A stretch of 64,000 nucleotides of DNA from Bacteroidales bacterium (GCA_017631435.1 JAGBTG010000042.1:16028-80027), one strand, 5' to 3'. Positions 28,433 through 39,836 are shown, numbered from the stretch's first letter. The notes: generated by a model not told the origin, from the sequence alone. Translations and numbers: made by a program.

Positions 28433-30031
28433 TTATACGGCTTGCTGGCCCGCCTCAATTCTGCGCAATGCTTCCTCTTTACCTACAAAGTAGATGATGT
28501 CTGCAATGCCCAACCCTTTTGCCTGGCCAACGAAGAACAGGCGGAGGGTATTCATCACTGCACCCATTTTCCACTCGTTCTCCTTGATGTATCCTGTAAG
28601 TTTCTCTTCAATTGCGTGTACGCACTCGGCTTTTGGAGTATCGCCTGCGGTGGCAAACTCTTTAATGTCCATTGCTGCAATGAAGGCTTTGACTTTCTCT
28701 ATGATCTCCATTGTCTCAGGGGTACAGAACTTCTTTACATCGTTCTCTGCGTAAGCAGTAGGGGCAATGAAGAAGTAGCTGCAGATATCCCAGAAATCAG
28801 CAACAAAGTGTGCTCTCTCCTTAATGAGGCCGCAAAGTTGCTCAACAAATGCCATAGGGTATTTGCCGGTATCAACACCTTTCTCCTCAAGGATAGGGAT
28901 AAACTGCTCTGCCAACTGTGCATCTGTCTGTTTTCTCAAGTACTCCTGGTTGAACCATTTTGCTTTGTCGGCATTGAATTTTGCACCTGATTTGATTACT
29001 CTCTCAAGAGAGAATACCTTTACAAGCTCATCAATTGTAAAGAGCTCCTGCTCTGTGCCGGGGTTCCAGCCAAGTAGGGCAAGAAGGTTCACAAATGCCT
29101 CAGGGTAGTAACCGTCCTCTCTGTAGCCGCGGCTTACCTCACCCTCAGGGTTAACCCATTTTAGAGGGAATACAGGGAATCCTAGGCGGTCGCCGTCACG
29201 TTTGCTCAATTTGCCTTTTCCGTCAGGTTTCAAAAGCAATGAAAGGTGAGCAAAGCGAGGCTGCGAGTCTGTCCATCCGAATGCCTTGTAAAGCATATAG
29301 TGCAAAGGAAGTGAAGGAAGCCACTCCTCACCGCGGATTACCTCGGTAATCTCCATAAGGTGGTCGTCCACGATGTTTGCAAGGTGGTATGTTGGAAGCT
29401 CGTCTGCACGTTTCCAAAGTACCTTGTCATCCAGGGTATTGGTGTTTATCTCAATATGGCCACGGATAAGGTCGTCCATCTTTACAATCTCGTTCTCAGG
29501 GTTTTTGAAACGGATTGTCCAGTTGGTTGTGGTCTCAAGAAGCTTTGCCACCTCATCTGCAGGGAGTGTAAGGGAGTTTTTAAGTTCCTTACGGGTCTGG
29601 TAGTTGTAGATGAAGTTCTGTTTGTTGGCCTCAGCCTCCTTTCTTTTTGCGTCAAGCTCCTCTGCGGTATCAAATGCATAGTAAGCGTAGCCGTTCTCAA
29701 TAAGTTTCTCGGCATATGCCCTGTAGATGGGCTTTCTCTGCGACTGGCGGTAAGGGGCATGAGGGTGTCTCTCAGATGGAGTCTCAACTACGTTGCCCTC
29801 TGCGTCAACTCCCTCGTCGGGAATAATGCCGCACCAGTTCAATGAGTCAATGATGTATTTCTCTGCGCCAGGGACAAATCTCTGTGAATCGGTATCCTCA
29901 ATACGGATAATGAAATCACCGCCTGCCTGTTTGGCGTAAAGGTAGTTGTATAGTGCAGTTCTTACACCTCCCATATGTAGGGGGCCTGTTGGACTTGGTG
30001 CGAACCTTACTCTTCTTTTTCTTTCTGTCAT
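28433..30031 (-). CDS. gltX: Glutamate--tRNA ligase
   Basis: Class I aaRS motifs: RFAPSPTGPLHMGG (HIGH) and KLSKR (KMSKS). The ATG at 30031 is preferred over the TTG at 30043. Confidence 0.95.
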   Translation of the reverse strand: MTERKRRVRFAPSPTGPLHMGGVRTALYNYLYAKQAGGDFIIRIEDTDSQRFVPGAEKYIIDSLNWCGIIPDEGVDAEGNVVETPSERHPHAPYRQSQRKPIYRAYAEKLIENGYAYYAFDTAEELDAKRKEAEANKQNFIYNYQTRKELKNSLTLPADEVAKLLETTTNWTIRFKNPENEIVKMDDLIRGHIEINTNTLDDKVLWKRADELPTYHLANIVDDHLMEITEVIRGEEWLPSLPLHYMLYKAFGWTDSQPRFAHLSLLLKPDGKGKLSKRDGDRLGFPVFPLKWVNPEGEVSRGYREDGYYPEAFVNLLALLGWNPGTEQELFTIDELVKVFSLERVIKSGAKFNADKAKWFNQEYLRKQTDAQLAEQFIPILEEKGVDTGKYPMAFVEQLCGLIKERAHFVADFWDICSYFFIAPTAYAENDVKKFCTPETMEIIEKVKAFIAAMDIKEFATAGDTPKAECVHAIEEKLTGYIKENEWKMGAVMNTLRLFFVGQAKGLGIADIIYFVGKEEALRRIEAGQQAV

Positions 30032-30059
30032 AATTCTAGTCAATTGGGATGCAAATGTA

Positions 30060-31286
30060 CTAATTTTCTGTTATTCCCGACAATTTCTTGTTTCTTCTTA
30101 TATACGCAGGAACCCTCTCAAGTTGGCTGATGTCATCGGATGGCTCAAGGATAAGCGCAGGCTTGCCTTCAGGCTTGATGTAGACCTGTTTTTCTGTGGT
30201 TACAGGTTCTGCAACTTTTTCCTCCGGCTCCTTGTTGCCAGGGTCGTTTATTATCCAGGTATCACCTTCAAGTGTCTCATCAGGCATCTCAATCTGAGGA
30301 AGGCTGTTTATCTCAAATCCGGTGGCTACAATGGTAACACTGATCTTCTTGCCTATGTTAGGGTCGTATACCACACCTCGTTTGAATTTGTTGAACACTC
30401 CTCCGGTGTAGCTGCGTACCTGCTCCATAATTTGCGAAAGCTCGGCCATTGTAAGACCTCCATCCTCTTTACTTGAGGTGATGTTTACAAGAACGCCTTT
30501 TGCGGTAGTAAGGTCACAGTCGTTCAAAAGAGGGGAGTCGAGGGCTTTCTGCACGGCGTCAATTGCCCTGTCCGGGCCTTCAGCCTCACCCATACCCATG
30601 ATTGCCATACCGCTGTTGTTCATAACCATCCTCACATCTGCAAAATCCACATTGATGAAACCGGGACGGTTGATGATGTCTGCGATACTTTTTACAGCGG
30701 TACTCAGTACCTCGTCGGCCCTTGGGAAGGCATCGAATATGGTAAGTTCTCCAAATACATTGTAGAGTTTCTGGTTGTCAATGATAAGGAGACTGTCTAC
30801 ATGTTTCTTGAGTTCATGTATTCCAAGTACGGCACGTTTGATGAAATCGTGTCCTTCATCGCGGAAAGGTAGGGTTACTACCGCTACGGTAAGTTTGCCC
30901 ATCTCTTTTGCAACCTGTGCAATTACCGGTGCAGCACCGGTTCCGGTACCACCGCCCATACCTGCAGTGATGAACACCATCTCTGTGTTGCCCTGCAGGG
31001 ATTTGCGGATTTCCTCAATGGATTCTGTTGCCGCTTTGCGGCCTTTCTCAGGGTCGCAACCTGCTCCGAGGCCTTTGGTAAGGTCTGATCCCAAGCGCAA
31101 AGTTTCGGGAACCTGGCTTGTTTTCAATGATTGCATATCTGTATTGCAGATCATGAAGTCCACATCCTTTATGCCCTGGCGGTACATCTCAGATACCGCG
31201 TTGCATCCGCCACCGCCTACACCAATAACCTTAATGATGTTCTGGCTCATGTCCCATCCGTCGGGAACAATAGTTAGATCTTCCAT
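30060..31286 (-). CDS. ftsZ: Cell division protein FtsZ
   Basis: Tubulin signature GGGTGTGAAP and GVGGGGCNAV. Confidence 0.97.
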   Translation of the reverse strand: MEDLTIVPDGWDMSQNIIKVIGVGGGGCNAVSEMYRQGIKDVDFMICNTDMQSLKTSQVPETLRLGSDLTKGLGAGCDPEKGRKAATESIEEIRKSLQGNTEMVFITAGMGGGTGTGAAPVIAQVAKEMGKLTVAVVTLPFRDEGHDFIKRAVLGIHELKKHVDSLLIIDNQKLYNVFGELTIFDAFPRADEVLSTAVKSIADIINRPGFINVDFADVRMVMNNSGMAIMGMGEAEGPDRAIDAVQKALDSPLLNDCDLTTAKGVLVNITSSKEDGGLTMAELSQIMEQVRSYTGGVFNKFKRGVVYDPNIGKKISVTIVATGFEINSLPQIEMPDETLEGDTWIINDPGNKEPEEKVAEPVTTEKQVYIKPEGKPALILEPSDDISQLERVPAYIRRNKKLSGITEN

Positions 31287-31288
31287 AA

Positions 31289-32644
31289 TTATGCCTCGTT
31301 ATCGTTGAATACGTTATCTGATTTTATTGCTCCAAAGAAGCCGCTGAGTTTTTCTCCCCAACTTGGGCTTTTCTTGGCAGCCTCTTTAGGCTCATCCTTT
31401 GCAGGGAGTTCATTTTTCTCATCCTTTACAAAGCCGCTTGCTGCCTCTTTCTTTGCAGGTGACGGGGTAGTTGTCCTGAAAGCCCTGCCTTTTTTCTCCA
31501 TCTTCTCAAGCTCTGCAAATCCCATGATTACAAGTCCCACAGCTGTTGATATGGACGGTCTGTTTATATTTACATCCACTTCTGAGAGTGTTCTCATTGG
31601 GTAGGCCAGTTTGGCATCCATGCCAGTGATGAATTTTACAAACGGCTGGAGATTTGCAAGATATGATGATCCTCCGGTTATTACCAGACCGGCTGTGATT
31701 TTGTCTCTGTAGCCAGACTTTTCTATCTCGTACATTGCAGCCTCAATTATCTCTTCTACCCTTGATTCAATGATCTCTGCAAGGTTCTTCACATGGATAT
31801 ATTTGTCTTCCCTTCCCCCAATGCCAGGAATCTTCACCTGTTTGTCGGGAGCAGTTGAACTCATGCATGAGCCCCTCTCCACCTTAAGCTGTTCTGCCAC
31901 TCTTGAGGATACTCCGCAGCCCTGTTTTACATCCTCAGTGATGCAGTTGCCGCCAAATGGGATAACTGCTGCATATCTTATTGCATTCTCGTGGATTATT
32001 ATGAGGTCTGTTGTGCCTGCGCCAATATCAAGCAATGCTACACCAACCTCTTTTTCGTCTTCTCCAAGTACAGCCATTGCAGAGGCAAACGGGCCAAGAT
32101 AGGTGCCGGATACGTTCAGCCCTGCTCTTGAGAGCACGTTTTTCCTCAGTTGTGATGATGTCTTCTTGCCTGTGAAGAGCTTGAAGTTTGAGTAGATCTG
32201 TTTTCCAATCATTCCTACAGGCTCATTGTTGCCCATGAAGTCATCAATGTTGTATGATTGCGGTACAGCATGGATAACCTCATCACCATCGGTGGAGAAA
32301 TTGGTGTACATTGCTTCGGTTATCTGCTCAATCTCTTCAGGTGTTATGTATTCGTCGGGATTAACCCTTGTGGTCTGGTTTGTTCCCTGGATGCATTTTA
32401 TTCCCTGTCCTGCTATTCCAATGAATACGTCATTGATCTGTTCTCCAATGGCATTTTCCACGTTTCTGATTGTGGGCATCATTGAATCAAGGGCAGACTG
32501 GATGTTTATCACCTCACCTCTGCTTATGCCCTTGGTAGGGGCTTCGCTCATGGCGATGATCTTTATTCCGGCATCTGTCTTCTCTCCAACAAGACACACA
32601 ACCTTGGAAGTTCCCAAATCTATGGCTGCAACTAGTTTTCTCAT
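31289..32644 (-). CDS. ftsA: Cell division protein FtsA
   Basis: Actin-like ATPase motifs (DLGTSKV, DIGAGTTD) with a C-terminal charged tail. Positioned between ftsQ and ftsZ. Confidence 0.95.
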   Translation of the reverse strand: MRKLVAAIDLGTSKVVCLVGEKTDAGIKIIAMSEAPTKGISRGEVINIQSALDSMMPTIRNVENAIGEQINDVFIGIAGQGIKCIQGTNQTTRVNPDEYITPEEIEQITEAMYTNFSTDGDEVIHAVPQSYNIDDFMGNNEPVGMIGKQIYSNFKLFTGKKTSSQLRKNVLSRAGLNVSGTYLGPFASAMAVLGEDEKEVGVALLDIGAGTTDLIIIHENAIRYAAVIPFGGNCITEDVKQGCGVSSRVAEQLKVERGSCMSSTAPDKQVKIPGIGGREDKYIHVKNLAEIIESRVEEIIEAAMYEIEKSGYRDKITAGLVITGGSSYLANLQPFVKFITGMDAKLAYPMRTLSEVDVNINRPSISTAVGLVIMGFAELEKMEKKGRAFRTTTPSPAKKEAASGFVKDEKNELPAKDEPKEAAKKSPSWGEKLSGFFGAIKSDNVFNDNEA

Positions 32645-32656
32645 AACTCCAAGAGA

Positions 32657-33460
32657 TTATTTTTTGTTCTTTTTATTGTTTGTACTGCAAATTATCTGGT
32701 CTTTGTATTTCAGGTTCACTGCGCTGTATTTGTCCCATCCCTCGGCCGGCACAATGTGCTTGTAGAATGTGTACAGCTTGTTGAACTTGTTCTCTATGTC
32801 TGTAAGCTCCCCAAAAATTATCTTGTGGTTTCCAATTCTTGGCGAGAGTATTATTTCCCCTTTGTCATCTACATATATCTGCTCAATCTGTGCACTCCAG
32901 AAAGGGTCGCCGCTGAGGTAGTTGCCAAGCTCCATCATCCTTCCCAGCCAGTTGGTGTCATCTTCCTGGGCCTTTCCCCTGTGCCCGTCGTTGAGGGTAA
33001 ACGGAATGTTTCCGCTTACAATGGGCACATACGAGGTAAACGTAGGTACCAGCGGAAAGATGTACTGCGTCTCATCTACGTAGAAACCTCCGTTGCTGCT
33101 CTGTATCCTCAGTACCGGCTTGCGCTGGGTGATGTTGATGTTCATGTGGCCGCTTCTGGTAATGCTTACCTGAGACTCCTTTATGGCGTTTTTCTGGTTG
33201 AGCAGTTTCTCTATCAGGTGGGTATTTATCTTCTCCACCGGCATTCCTATGCTTTTGCCGTTGAACCCGTCTATGATCCCAATTACTTCGTCCCTGGTTA
33301 CAAATCTGTTGCTGGCACTGTCGAGAAGAGTGACTGTCACCTCCTTGCACAGCTGTGACGGCATACCTTCCTTATAGAGCTTCTCTGCAAAGAAAAAATA
33401 ACACCCTATTGCCCCAAAGGCAACGGCAACAACAAAATATATGAGAACCTTCTTCAGCAT
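32657..33460 (-). CDS. ftsQ: Cell division protein FtsQ
   Basis: Single N-terminal TM plus a POTRA-like domain. Conserved dcw position. Confidence 0.85.
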   Translation of the reverse strand: MLKKVLIYFVVAVAFGAIGCYFFFAEKLYKEGMPSQLCKEVTVTLLDSASNRFVTRDEVIGIIDGFNGKSIGMPVEKINTHLIEKLLNQKNAIKESQVSITRSGHMNINITQRKPVLRIQSSNGGFYVDETQYIFPLVPTFTSYVPIVSGNIPFTLNDGHRGKAQEDDTNWLGRMMELGNYLSGDPFWSAQIEQIYVDDKGEIILSPRIGNHKIIFGELTDIENKFNKLYTFYKHIVPAEGWDKYSAVNLKYKDQIICSTNNKKNKK

Positions 33461-33461
33461 C

Positions 33462-34850
33462 TTATTTTATCCTCTCCTTCAACATTTCTTCTATAGGTAC
33501 AATGAGCCTGTCAATGTCGCCGGCACCAAATGTAACCATAATGTCAATATCCCTTCCTCTGAGGTATTCCAGCGCCTCCTCCTTTTTGAGGAGAACCTTA
33601 TTCCCGACAGTTACATCCTTGAAGATTATCTCTGAGGTAACCCCCTCAATAGGGAGCTCCCTTGCAGGATAGATGTCAAGCAGGATAAGCTCATCCAGCA
33701 TGCTCAGGCTCTGGGCAAACTCCGGCGCAAAGTCCCTTGTCCTGGTGTACAGGTGTGGTTGGAACATTGCGGTAATCTTCCTTCCCGGGAACATGTTCCT
33801 GATGGAGGTGATGGCAGAACTGAGTTCCTGCGGATGGTGAGCGTAATCATCTATGTATGCAATCTGAGGGGTGTTGATATGGATGTCAAACCTTCTCTCC
33901 ACACCCTGGAAAGCGGCCAAAGCCTCTTTTACCTTCTGTGGCTCCACGCCTCCCAGCATTGCTGCTGCGGCAGCTGCAATTCCGTTCTCTACGTTTACCC
34001 AGCCGGGAATTCCAACTGTACATCCTTCAAGTATACCGGCAGGTACAGTCTCACCCTTGAGGGTGGTGAACTGCGGGTATACAAGGTCAAACCTGAAATA
34101 TCCCCCCTGCTGGAGTTCTGTATTGCGCGGGCAGAAGTCTGCCTCCTCCCTGAACGAATAACTGTATACCTTTGCCTTTACGTTGCTCAAGTCTAGGGTT
34201 ACACCTTTCTTGAGGATCAGTGCACCATCCTCCTTTATCTGTCCTGCAAACTCTGCAAATGCATCCCTGATGGTGTTTACATCGCCATAGATATCAAGGT
34301 GGTCTGCATCAGTTGAGGTGATGATTGCCACATCCGGGAACAGCTGCAGGAATGAACGGTCAAACTCATCGGCTTCAGCAACAAGCACCGGATTCTTGCT
34401 CAGCAGCAGGTTGGTGTGGTAGTTCTTGGAAATGCCTCCCAGAAATGCCGAGCAACCTTCACCCGAGTGGGTGTAAAGGTGCGAGAGCAAAGTACTGGTA
34501 GTGGTCTTGCCATGTGTGCCTGCAACGCCAAGACATTTTTGGGTTGATGCTATCTCGCCAAGTGCACGGGAACGTTTGATAAGCCTGTATCCCTTCTGCT
34601 GTACATAAACAAGCTCCTCCATATCTTTTGGTATGGCAGGGGTGTATATTACAAGGGTCTCTTCAATATCTGCAGGTATAGCCCCAATGCAAGGGGAGAA
34701 GTGGATCTTTATCCCCTCCTTCTCAAGATTGGCGGTAAGCTTGCTTGGTGTGCGGTCGTATCCGCTCACATTATATCCTGCATGGTTATAGTAACGGGCT
34801 ATTGCGCTCATTCCTATACCTCCAATTCCTATGAAATATACGTTCTTCAT
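33462..34850 (-). CDS. murC: UDP-N-acetylmuramate--L-alanine ligase
   Basis: Motifs FIGIGGIGMSA and GTHGKTTT. The ATG at 34850 is preferred over the TTG at 34865. Confidence 0.95.
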   Translation of the reverse strand: MKNVYFIGIGGIGMSAIARYYNHAGYNVSGYDRTPSKLTANLEKEGIKIHFSPCIGAIPADIEETLVIYTPAIPKDMEELVYVQQKGYRLIKRSRALGEIASTQKCLGVAGTHGKTTTSTLLSHLYTHSGEGCSAFLGGISKNYHTNLLLSKNPVLVAEADEFDRSFLQLFPDVAIITSTDADHLDIYGDVNTIRDAFAEFAGQIKEDGALILKKGVTLDLSNVKAKVYSYSFREEADFCPRNTELQQGGYFRFDLVYPQFTTLKGETVPAGILEGCTVGIPGWVNVENGIAAAAAAMLGGVEPQKVKEALAAFQGVERRFDIHINTPQIAYIDDYAHHPQELSSAITSIRNMFPGRKITAMFQPHLYTRTRDFAPEFAQSLSMLDELILLDIYPARELPIEGVTSEIIFKDVTVGNKVLLKKEEALEYLRGRDIDIMVTFGAGDIDRLIVPIEEMLKERIK

Positions 34851-34851
34851 C

Positions 34852-35976
34852 CTATTTCTCTGCAAGTTTCAGGCATTCCTGTGCAATTGTTGCTGCTGCA
34901 TCCTTCTTTGCAAGTGTGCCTATGTTCTTTTCCAATTCCTTTATTTTGGCTTCATCCTTCAAAAGTGCCTCAAGGCATGGGAGAAGTTCTTCTGTTGCTG
35001 CAGCGTCCTTTACTATCATTGCAGCACCTTTGTTTACCAGTGCCATTGCATTATGGGTCTGGTGGTCTTCTGCAACCATAGGGGACGGTACAAATACGGT
35101 GCATTTCTCTGCAACGCACAACTCAGATATGGTACCTGCTCCGGCGCGGCTTACAACCACGTCTGCCACTGCGTATGCAAGGTCCATCCTTTGTATGAAG
35201 TCTGAATAATATACCCCTTCTGTCTCTTTTCCTTTCATAAAGGCATCAATCTCCTCCTTGTATATCTTGCCGTGCTGCCAGATTACCTGGTAATCATTCT
35301 CCCCTCCAAAAAGTTTCCCTTCTGCTACGGCCTTCTTCATGCACTCATTCAGTGTGCGGCATCCAAGGCTTCCTCCAACAACAAATACAGTTTTTTTGCG
35401 TGGAGAAAGTTTGTAGTATTCATAACCCTGTGCCTTCTGCTCAGGTGTGGCTTTGTCAATGTCTTTTCTGATAGGGTTTCCTGTGTTGAGGATTCTTTCT
35501 TTGGGGAAGAACCTCTCCATTCCGTCGTATGCCACACATATCTTTGCAGCATCCTTTGCGTTCTTGCGGTTTACAAGTCCTGCAAAGGAGTTCTGCTCCT
35601 GAAGCAGTACCGGAACTCCCATCTTTGCTGCGCTTCCAACTATTGCTGCGCTGGCATAACCGCCAACTCCAACAACCAGGTTGGGCTTGAATTCCCTGAT
35701 TATCTTTTTTGCAAGGGTTTTGCATTTGAGGTAATCAATGGCAACGGAGATGTTGGAAGGGGAATACAGCGGGCGCTTGAGGCCTCTGGCAGGAATACCC
35801 TTTATCTCATATCCTGCTGCAGGAACCTTTTCCATCTCCATTTTGCCAAGTGCACCTACAAACAGTATCTGCGCCTGAGGCCTTGCCTCCTTTATGGCAT
35901 TTGCTATGGATATGGCAGGGAAGATATGTCCTCCTGTACCTCCTCCGCTTATTATTACTCTTAAATCCTTTTTCAT
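34852..35976 (-). CDS. murG: UDP-GlcNAc:lipid I N-acetylglucosaminyltransferase
   Basis: N-terminal GGGTGGHIFPA motif and GT28 length. Confidence 0.95.
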   Translation of the reverse strand: MKKDLRVIISGGGTGGHIFPAISIANAIKEARPQAQILFVGALGKMEMEKVPAAGYEIKGIPARGLKRPLYSPSNISVAIDYLKCKTLAKKIIREFKPNLVVGVGGYASAAIVGSAAKMGVPVLLQEQNSFAGLVNRKNAKDAAKICVAYDGMERFFPKERILNTGNPIRKDIDKATPEQKAQGYEYYKLSPRKKTVFVVGGSLGCRTLNECMKKAVAEGKLFGGENDYQVIWQHGKIYKEEIDAFMKGKETEGVYYSDFIQRMDLAYAVADVVVSRAGAGTISELCVAEKCTVFVPSPMVAEDHQTHNAMALVNKGAAMIVKDAAATEELLPCLEALLKDEAKIKELEKNIGTLAKKDAAATIAQECLKLAEK

Positions 35977-35981
35977 CTCCT

Positions 35982-37286
35982 TTATTTGAACTGGTCTCCA
36001 GGACCCATTATTTCATATTCTTTATTATCTTCATCCTTAACCGTTGCAGGGGTTGGTTCAGACCCAATCTGAGCTGCAACAGGTGCGGCTGCAAGCTGTT
36101 TTTTCTGTGAGTTCACATCAATGGTACGGCTCACAGAGAGGATTATTCCAAATGCACAGCTGAGGATTACAAGTGAGGTTCCTCCAAGGCTCAGCAGCGG
36201 CAGCGTGTGTCCGGTAACCGGAAGATAGCCTACATTTACCAGTATGTGCAGGGATGCCTGAATGGTTATGAGCATTCCCAGACCGGCAACGGTAAGGGCG
36301 GTAAATACCTTCTTGCAGTTCTTTACCAGTATGATGCACCGGAACAGGAACCACATGTAGAGCAGTATTACACCTATTCCACCAACAAGGCCGTATTCCT
36401 CAATTATAATTGTGAAGATATAGTCTGAGTAAGGGTGGGGAAGGAAGTAGCGCTGTGTGCTTTTTCCCGGACCTTTTCCCAATACTCCAACAGATGATAT
36501 GGCAACCTTAGCCATGTCTGCCTGATATGTCTTGTCTGCCTGTTTCTGTTTCTCCTCTGCCGACATGCTTTCTTCAATCTCCACACCCTTGGTGAATTTT
36601 GTGAGTCGGCTCATTGCTGTGTCAAGCCTTGAGAAAAGGGTAAGACCGCAAAGGTGAAGGATTATGATCAGAAGCAACGCTCCCGCTGCAATTCCTCCGG
36701 CTTTGAAGATATAGTTCCATTTTACCCCTGCAATTATAAGCATGAGGAGGCTGATGAGTCCTACAAACAGCGCAGCGGAGACACTACCTATAAGGATGAG
36801 TACACAAGTGACTCCCACCGGGATGATTATCCTTATGAGAAACTCCTTGAACGTGTCGAGCCGGGCTACTTCAAGCGCCCTTGCAAGATAGAGCACAATG
36901 GCAATCTTGGCCATCTCCGTGGGCTGGAATGTGGTGAATCCTATGTCTATCCACCTTTTGGCACCATTGATTTCAACTCCTATTATTGGGGTGAGGGCCA
37001 ACAATACCACACTTATGCCAAGGGCTATGTTTGCCAGACCCCTATACCATCCCAACGGTATCTTGTAGCATATGTACAGGGCTACAAGTCCCATGAAAAC
37101 AAACTGTATCTGTTTTATGAGGAACGCAAAGTTTGTAGTCTTTTCCTTGTATGCCAGTGAGCTGCTGGATGAGTAGATAAGGGCAATGGAAATGAGTGAC
37201 AGCAGGAATACCACTGTCCATATCACCTTGTCCCCATTGAGCCTGCTCAGCATCGACTCACGTTTCTCTGTTGTTGCGTTCTCCAT
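35982..37286 (-). CDS. ftsW: FtsW/SEDS family peptidoglycan glycosyltransferase
   Basis: A roughly 10-TM SEDS protein with the HTLPLLSLGGTS motif. Conserved dcw position. Confidence 0.92.
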   Translation of the reverse strand: MENATTEKRESMLSRLNGDKVIWTVVFLLSLISIALIYSSSSSLAYKEKTTNFAFLIKQIQFVFMGLVALYICYKIPLGWYRGLANIALGISVVLLALTPIIGVEINGAKRWIDIGFTTFQPTEMAKIAIVLYLARALEVARLDTFKEFLIRIIIPVGVTCVLILIGSVSAALFVGLISLLMLIIAGVKWNYIFKAGGIAAGALLLIIILHLCGLTLFSRLDTAMSRLTKFTKGVEIEESMSAEEKQKQADKTYQADMAKVAISSVGVLGKGPGKSTQRYFLPHPYSDYIFTIIIEEYGLVGGIGVILLYMWFLFRCIILVKNCKKVFTALTVAGLGMLITIQASLHILVNVGYLPVTGHTLPLLSLGGTSLVILSCAFGIILSVSRTIDVNSQKKQLAAAPVAAQIGSEPTPATVKDEDNKEYEIMGPGDQFK

Positions 37287-37293
37287 ATTCTTA

Positions 37294-38628
37294 TTACAAA
37301 TTCCTTACGGCTTCTTTAAATTGTCTTCCTCTGTCTTCGTAGCTCTTGAAAAGGTCGAAGCTTGCGCAGCATGGTGAGAGCAGCACTGTCTCGCCGGGCA
37401 AAGCCAGTTCATATGCCTTTGCGACGGCATCCTGTGCAGACTGTACGTCAAGTATCACGTCAACCTTGTCTGCAAAGTTCTCATGCAGTTTCTCATTGTG
37501 GAGTCCCATGCAGATGAGTACCCTTACCTTGTCCTTTACAAGATCATAAAGAGGGGAGTAGTCATTGCCTTTGTCCTTTCCTCCTGCAATCCATACCACT
37601 GGCGTTGTCATGCTGTCAAGTGCGTACCATGCGGAGTCCACATTGGTGGCCTTGGAGTCATTGATGTACATCACATCCCTTATCTTGAGCACTTTCTCCA
37701 TCCTGTGCTCAACTCCGGTGAATGTCATCAGACTCTCGCGGATCACTTTCTTGTCTATTTTTATGGCTTTTGCCGCAATTGCAGCCGCCATTGAGTTGTA
37801 TACGTTGTGTTTTCCCTGCAGTGCGAGTTCCTTAAGGTACATGAAATCCATGTCGCCGTTCACTTTTACACACATCTTGTCGTCCTGCAGATATGCACCC
37901 TCTTCAACCTGCTGTTTCTGCGAGAATGGGAGCATCTTGGCCCTTGACACTATCTTCTCAAGTTCCCCAATGGTTACAGGGTCATCCTGGCAGAAGATAA
38001 AACAGTCTTCCTCCTTCATGTTTCTTGTTATGCGGAACTTTGAGTTTACGTAGTTCTGCATTTTAAAATCGTAGCGGTCGAGGTGGTCTGGTGTAATGTT
38101 CATAAGTATGGCAATGTCTGCCTTGAACGTGTACATCCCGTCCAGCTGGAAGCTGCTAAGTTCCAATACGTAGTAGTCATAGTTGCATGTAGCCACCTGG
38201 TATGCGTAGCTCTGGCCAATGTTGCCTGCCAGTCCTACATTCAGCCCCGCATTCTTAAGCATGTAATAGATGAGCGAGGTGGTGGTGGTCTTTCCGTTGC
38301 TGCCTGTTATGCATATCTTCTTTGCAGAGTCATATCTTCCTGCAAATTCAATTTCAGAGATGATGCTTATCCCCTTTTCCCTTGCTGCAACAAGAAGAGG
38401 GACATTGTCGGGAATACCCGGACTTTTTATAATCTCGTTGGCGTTGAGGATTTTCTCCTGGGTGTGGCCACACTCTTCCCACTCAATCTCCCATTTGTCA
38501 AGCATGGCTTTGAACTCTTCCTTAATTGGACCATTGTCGCTTAGGAAGACATCAAATCCCTTCACTTTTGCAAGAACGGCTGAACCTGCGCCGCTCTCTC
38601 CGCCACCAAGAACAACAACTCTTTGCAT
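37294..38628 (-). CDS. murD: UDP-N-acetylmuramoyl-L-alanine--D-glutamate ligase
   Basis: Motifs VLGGGESGAG and TGSNGKTTT. Confidence 0.95.
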   Translation of the reverse strand: MQRVVVLGGGESGAGSAVLAKVKGFDVFLSDNGPIKEEFKAMLDKWEIEWEECGHTQEKILNANEIIKSPGIPDNVPLLVAAREKGISIISEIEFAGRYDSAKKICITGSNGKTTTTSLIYYMLKNAGLNVGLAGNIGQSYAYQVATCNYDYYVLELSSFQLDGMYTFKADIAILMNITPDHLDRYDFKMQNYVNSKFRITRNMKEEDCFIFCQDDPVTIGELEKIVSRAKMLPFSQKQQVEEGAYLQDDKMCVKVNGDMDFMYLKELALQGKHNVYNSMAAAIAAKAIKIDKKVIRESLMTFTGVEHRMEKVLKIRDVMYINDSKATNVDSAWYALDSMTTPVVWIAGGKDKGNDYSPLYDLVKDKVRVLICMGLHNEKLHENFADKVDVILDVQSAQDAVAKAYELALPGETVLLSPCCASFDLFKSYEDRGRQFKEAVRNL

Positions 38629-38630
38629 GA

Positions 38631-39821
38631 TTAACGTATTTTAAGTGTTATGATTGTTATTGCACAAAGCAAAATGGTTATAATCCAAAATCTTACTACA
38701 ATCTTTGCCTCAGGCCATGCCTTCTCGGGTTTCTGGATAAGGGCAGGCATTCCCTCTTTCTGGAAGTGGTGGTGCAGAGGGCTCATCTTGAATATTCTGT
38801 GTCCCTCGCCGTATTTCTTCTTGGTATATTTGAAGTAATATCTCTGCATGATAACAGAGAGGCTCTCCACCAAAAAGATACCGCACATTACCGGAATAAG
38901 GAGCTCTTTTTTGAGGATAATTGCTGCAACTGCAATGATTCCTCCCAATGCAAGGCTTCCTGTGTCACCCATGAATACCTGGGCAGGGTAGGTGTTGTAC
39001 CAGAGGAATCCCACAAGGGCACCAATGAATGCCGACATGAAGATTACCACCTCTCCACTGTGGGGAATGTACATTATATCAAGGTATGAAGCATATATTG
39101 TGTTTCCCGACAGGTATGCAAGGATTGCAAGGGTAATTCCAATGAAGGCGGAAACACCTGTAGCAAGGCCGTCCATGCCGTCTGTAAGGTTTGAACCGTT
39201 TGATACGGCGGTGATTATGAAGATGATTGCCGCCACATATATTATTCTGGTAAAGATCTCTCCAAATTCCCCGTCAAACGGACTCAGCCATGAATAGTCA
39301 AACTGGTTGCCTTTGAAGAAAGGGATATTTGTGAGGGTTACATCAAGGTTGGTCTGCTCGCTCATGCAAAGTGCAATTCCCACTACAAGTCCTAGGGTTA
39401 CCTGTCCTATGATCTTGTATTTGCCGCTCAAGCCGTCCTTGTTCTTCTTGAATACCTTTATTGAGTCATCCAGGAATCCTATGAGCCCCAACCAGACTGC
39501 CGATACTATAAGCAACTGTACATAGATGTTGGTAAGGTTTCCGAACAGCAGCGCCGGAATGAGGATTGACATGATGATGATGATACCTCCCATTGTAGGG
39601 GTACCTTTCTTCTGCATCTGACCCTCAAGACCCAGATCCCTGATCTCCTCTCCAATCTGTTTCTTCTGCAGTTTCCTGATGATTCTCGGACCGGCATACA
39701 ATGCCACAAGCAAGGCAGTCATCAGGGCTATAAGAGACCTGAAGGTGATGTACTGCATCAGTCCTATTCCCGGAAAGTCCACTCCCGAGTTGCTCAAGTA
39801 TTCAAACAGGTGGTATATCAT
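38631..39821 (-). CDS. mraY: Phospho-N-acetylmuramoyl-pentapeptide transferase
   Basis: Multi-TM protein with [10 protein letters not shown] and HHHF motifs. Confidence 0.95.
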   Translation of the reverse strand: MIYHLFEYLSNSGVDFPGIGLMQYITFRSLIALMTALLVALYAGPRIIRKLQKKQIGEEIRDLGLEGQMQKKGTPTMGGIIIIMSILIPALLFGNLTNIYVQLLIVSAVWLGLIGFLDDSIKVFKKNKDGLSGKYKIIGQVTLGLVVGIALCMSEQTNLDVTLTNIPFFKGNQFDYSWLSPFDGEFGEIFTRIIYVAAIIFIITAVSNGSNLTDGMDGLATGVSAFIGITLAILAYLSGNTIYASYLDIMYIPHSGEVVIFMSAFIGALVGFLWYNTYPAQVFMGDTGSLALGGIIAVAAIILKKELLIPVMCGIFLVESLSVIMQRYYFKYTKKKYGEGHRIFKMSPLHHHFQKEGMPALIQKPEKAWPEAKIVVRFWIITILLCAITIITLKIR

Positions 39822-39836
39822 TTCTTTCTTCCTTTA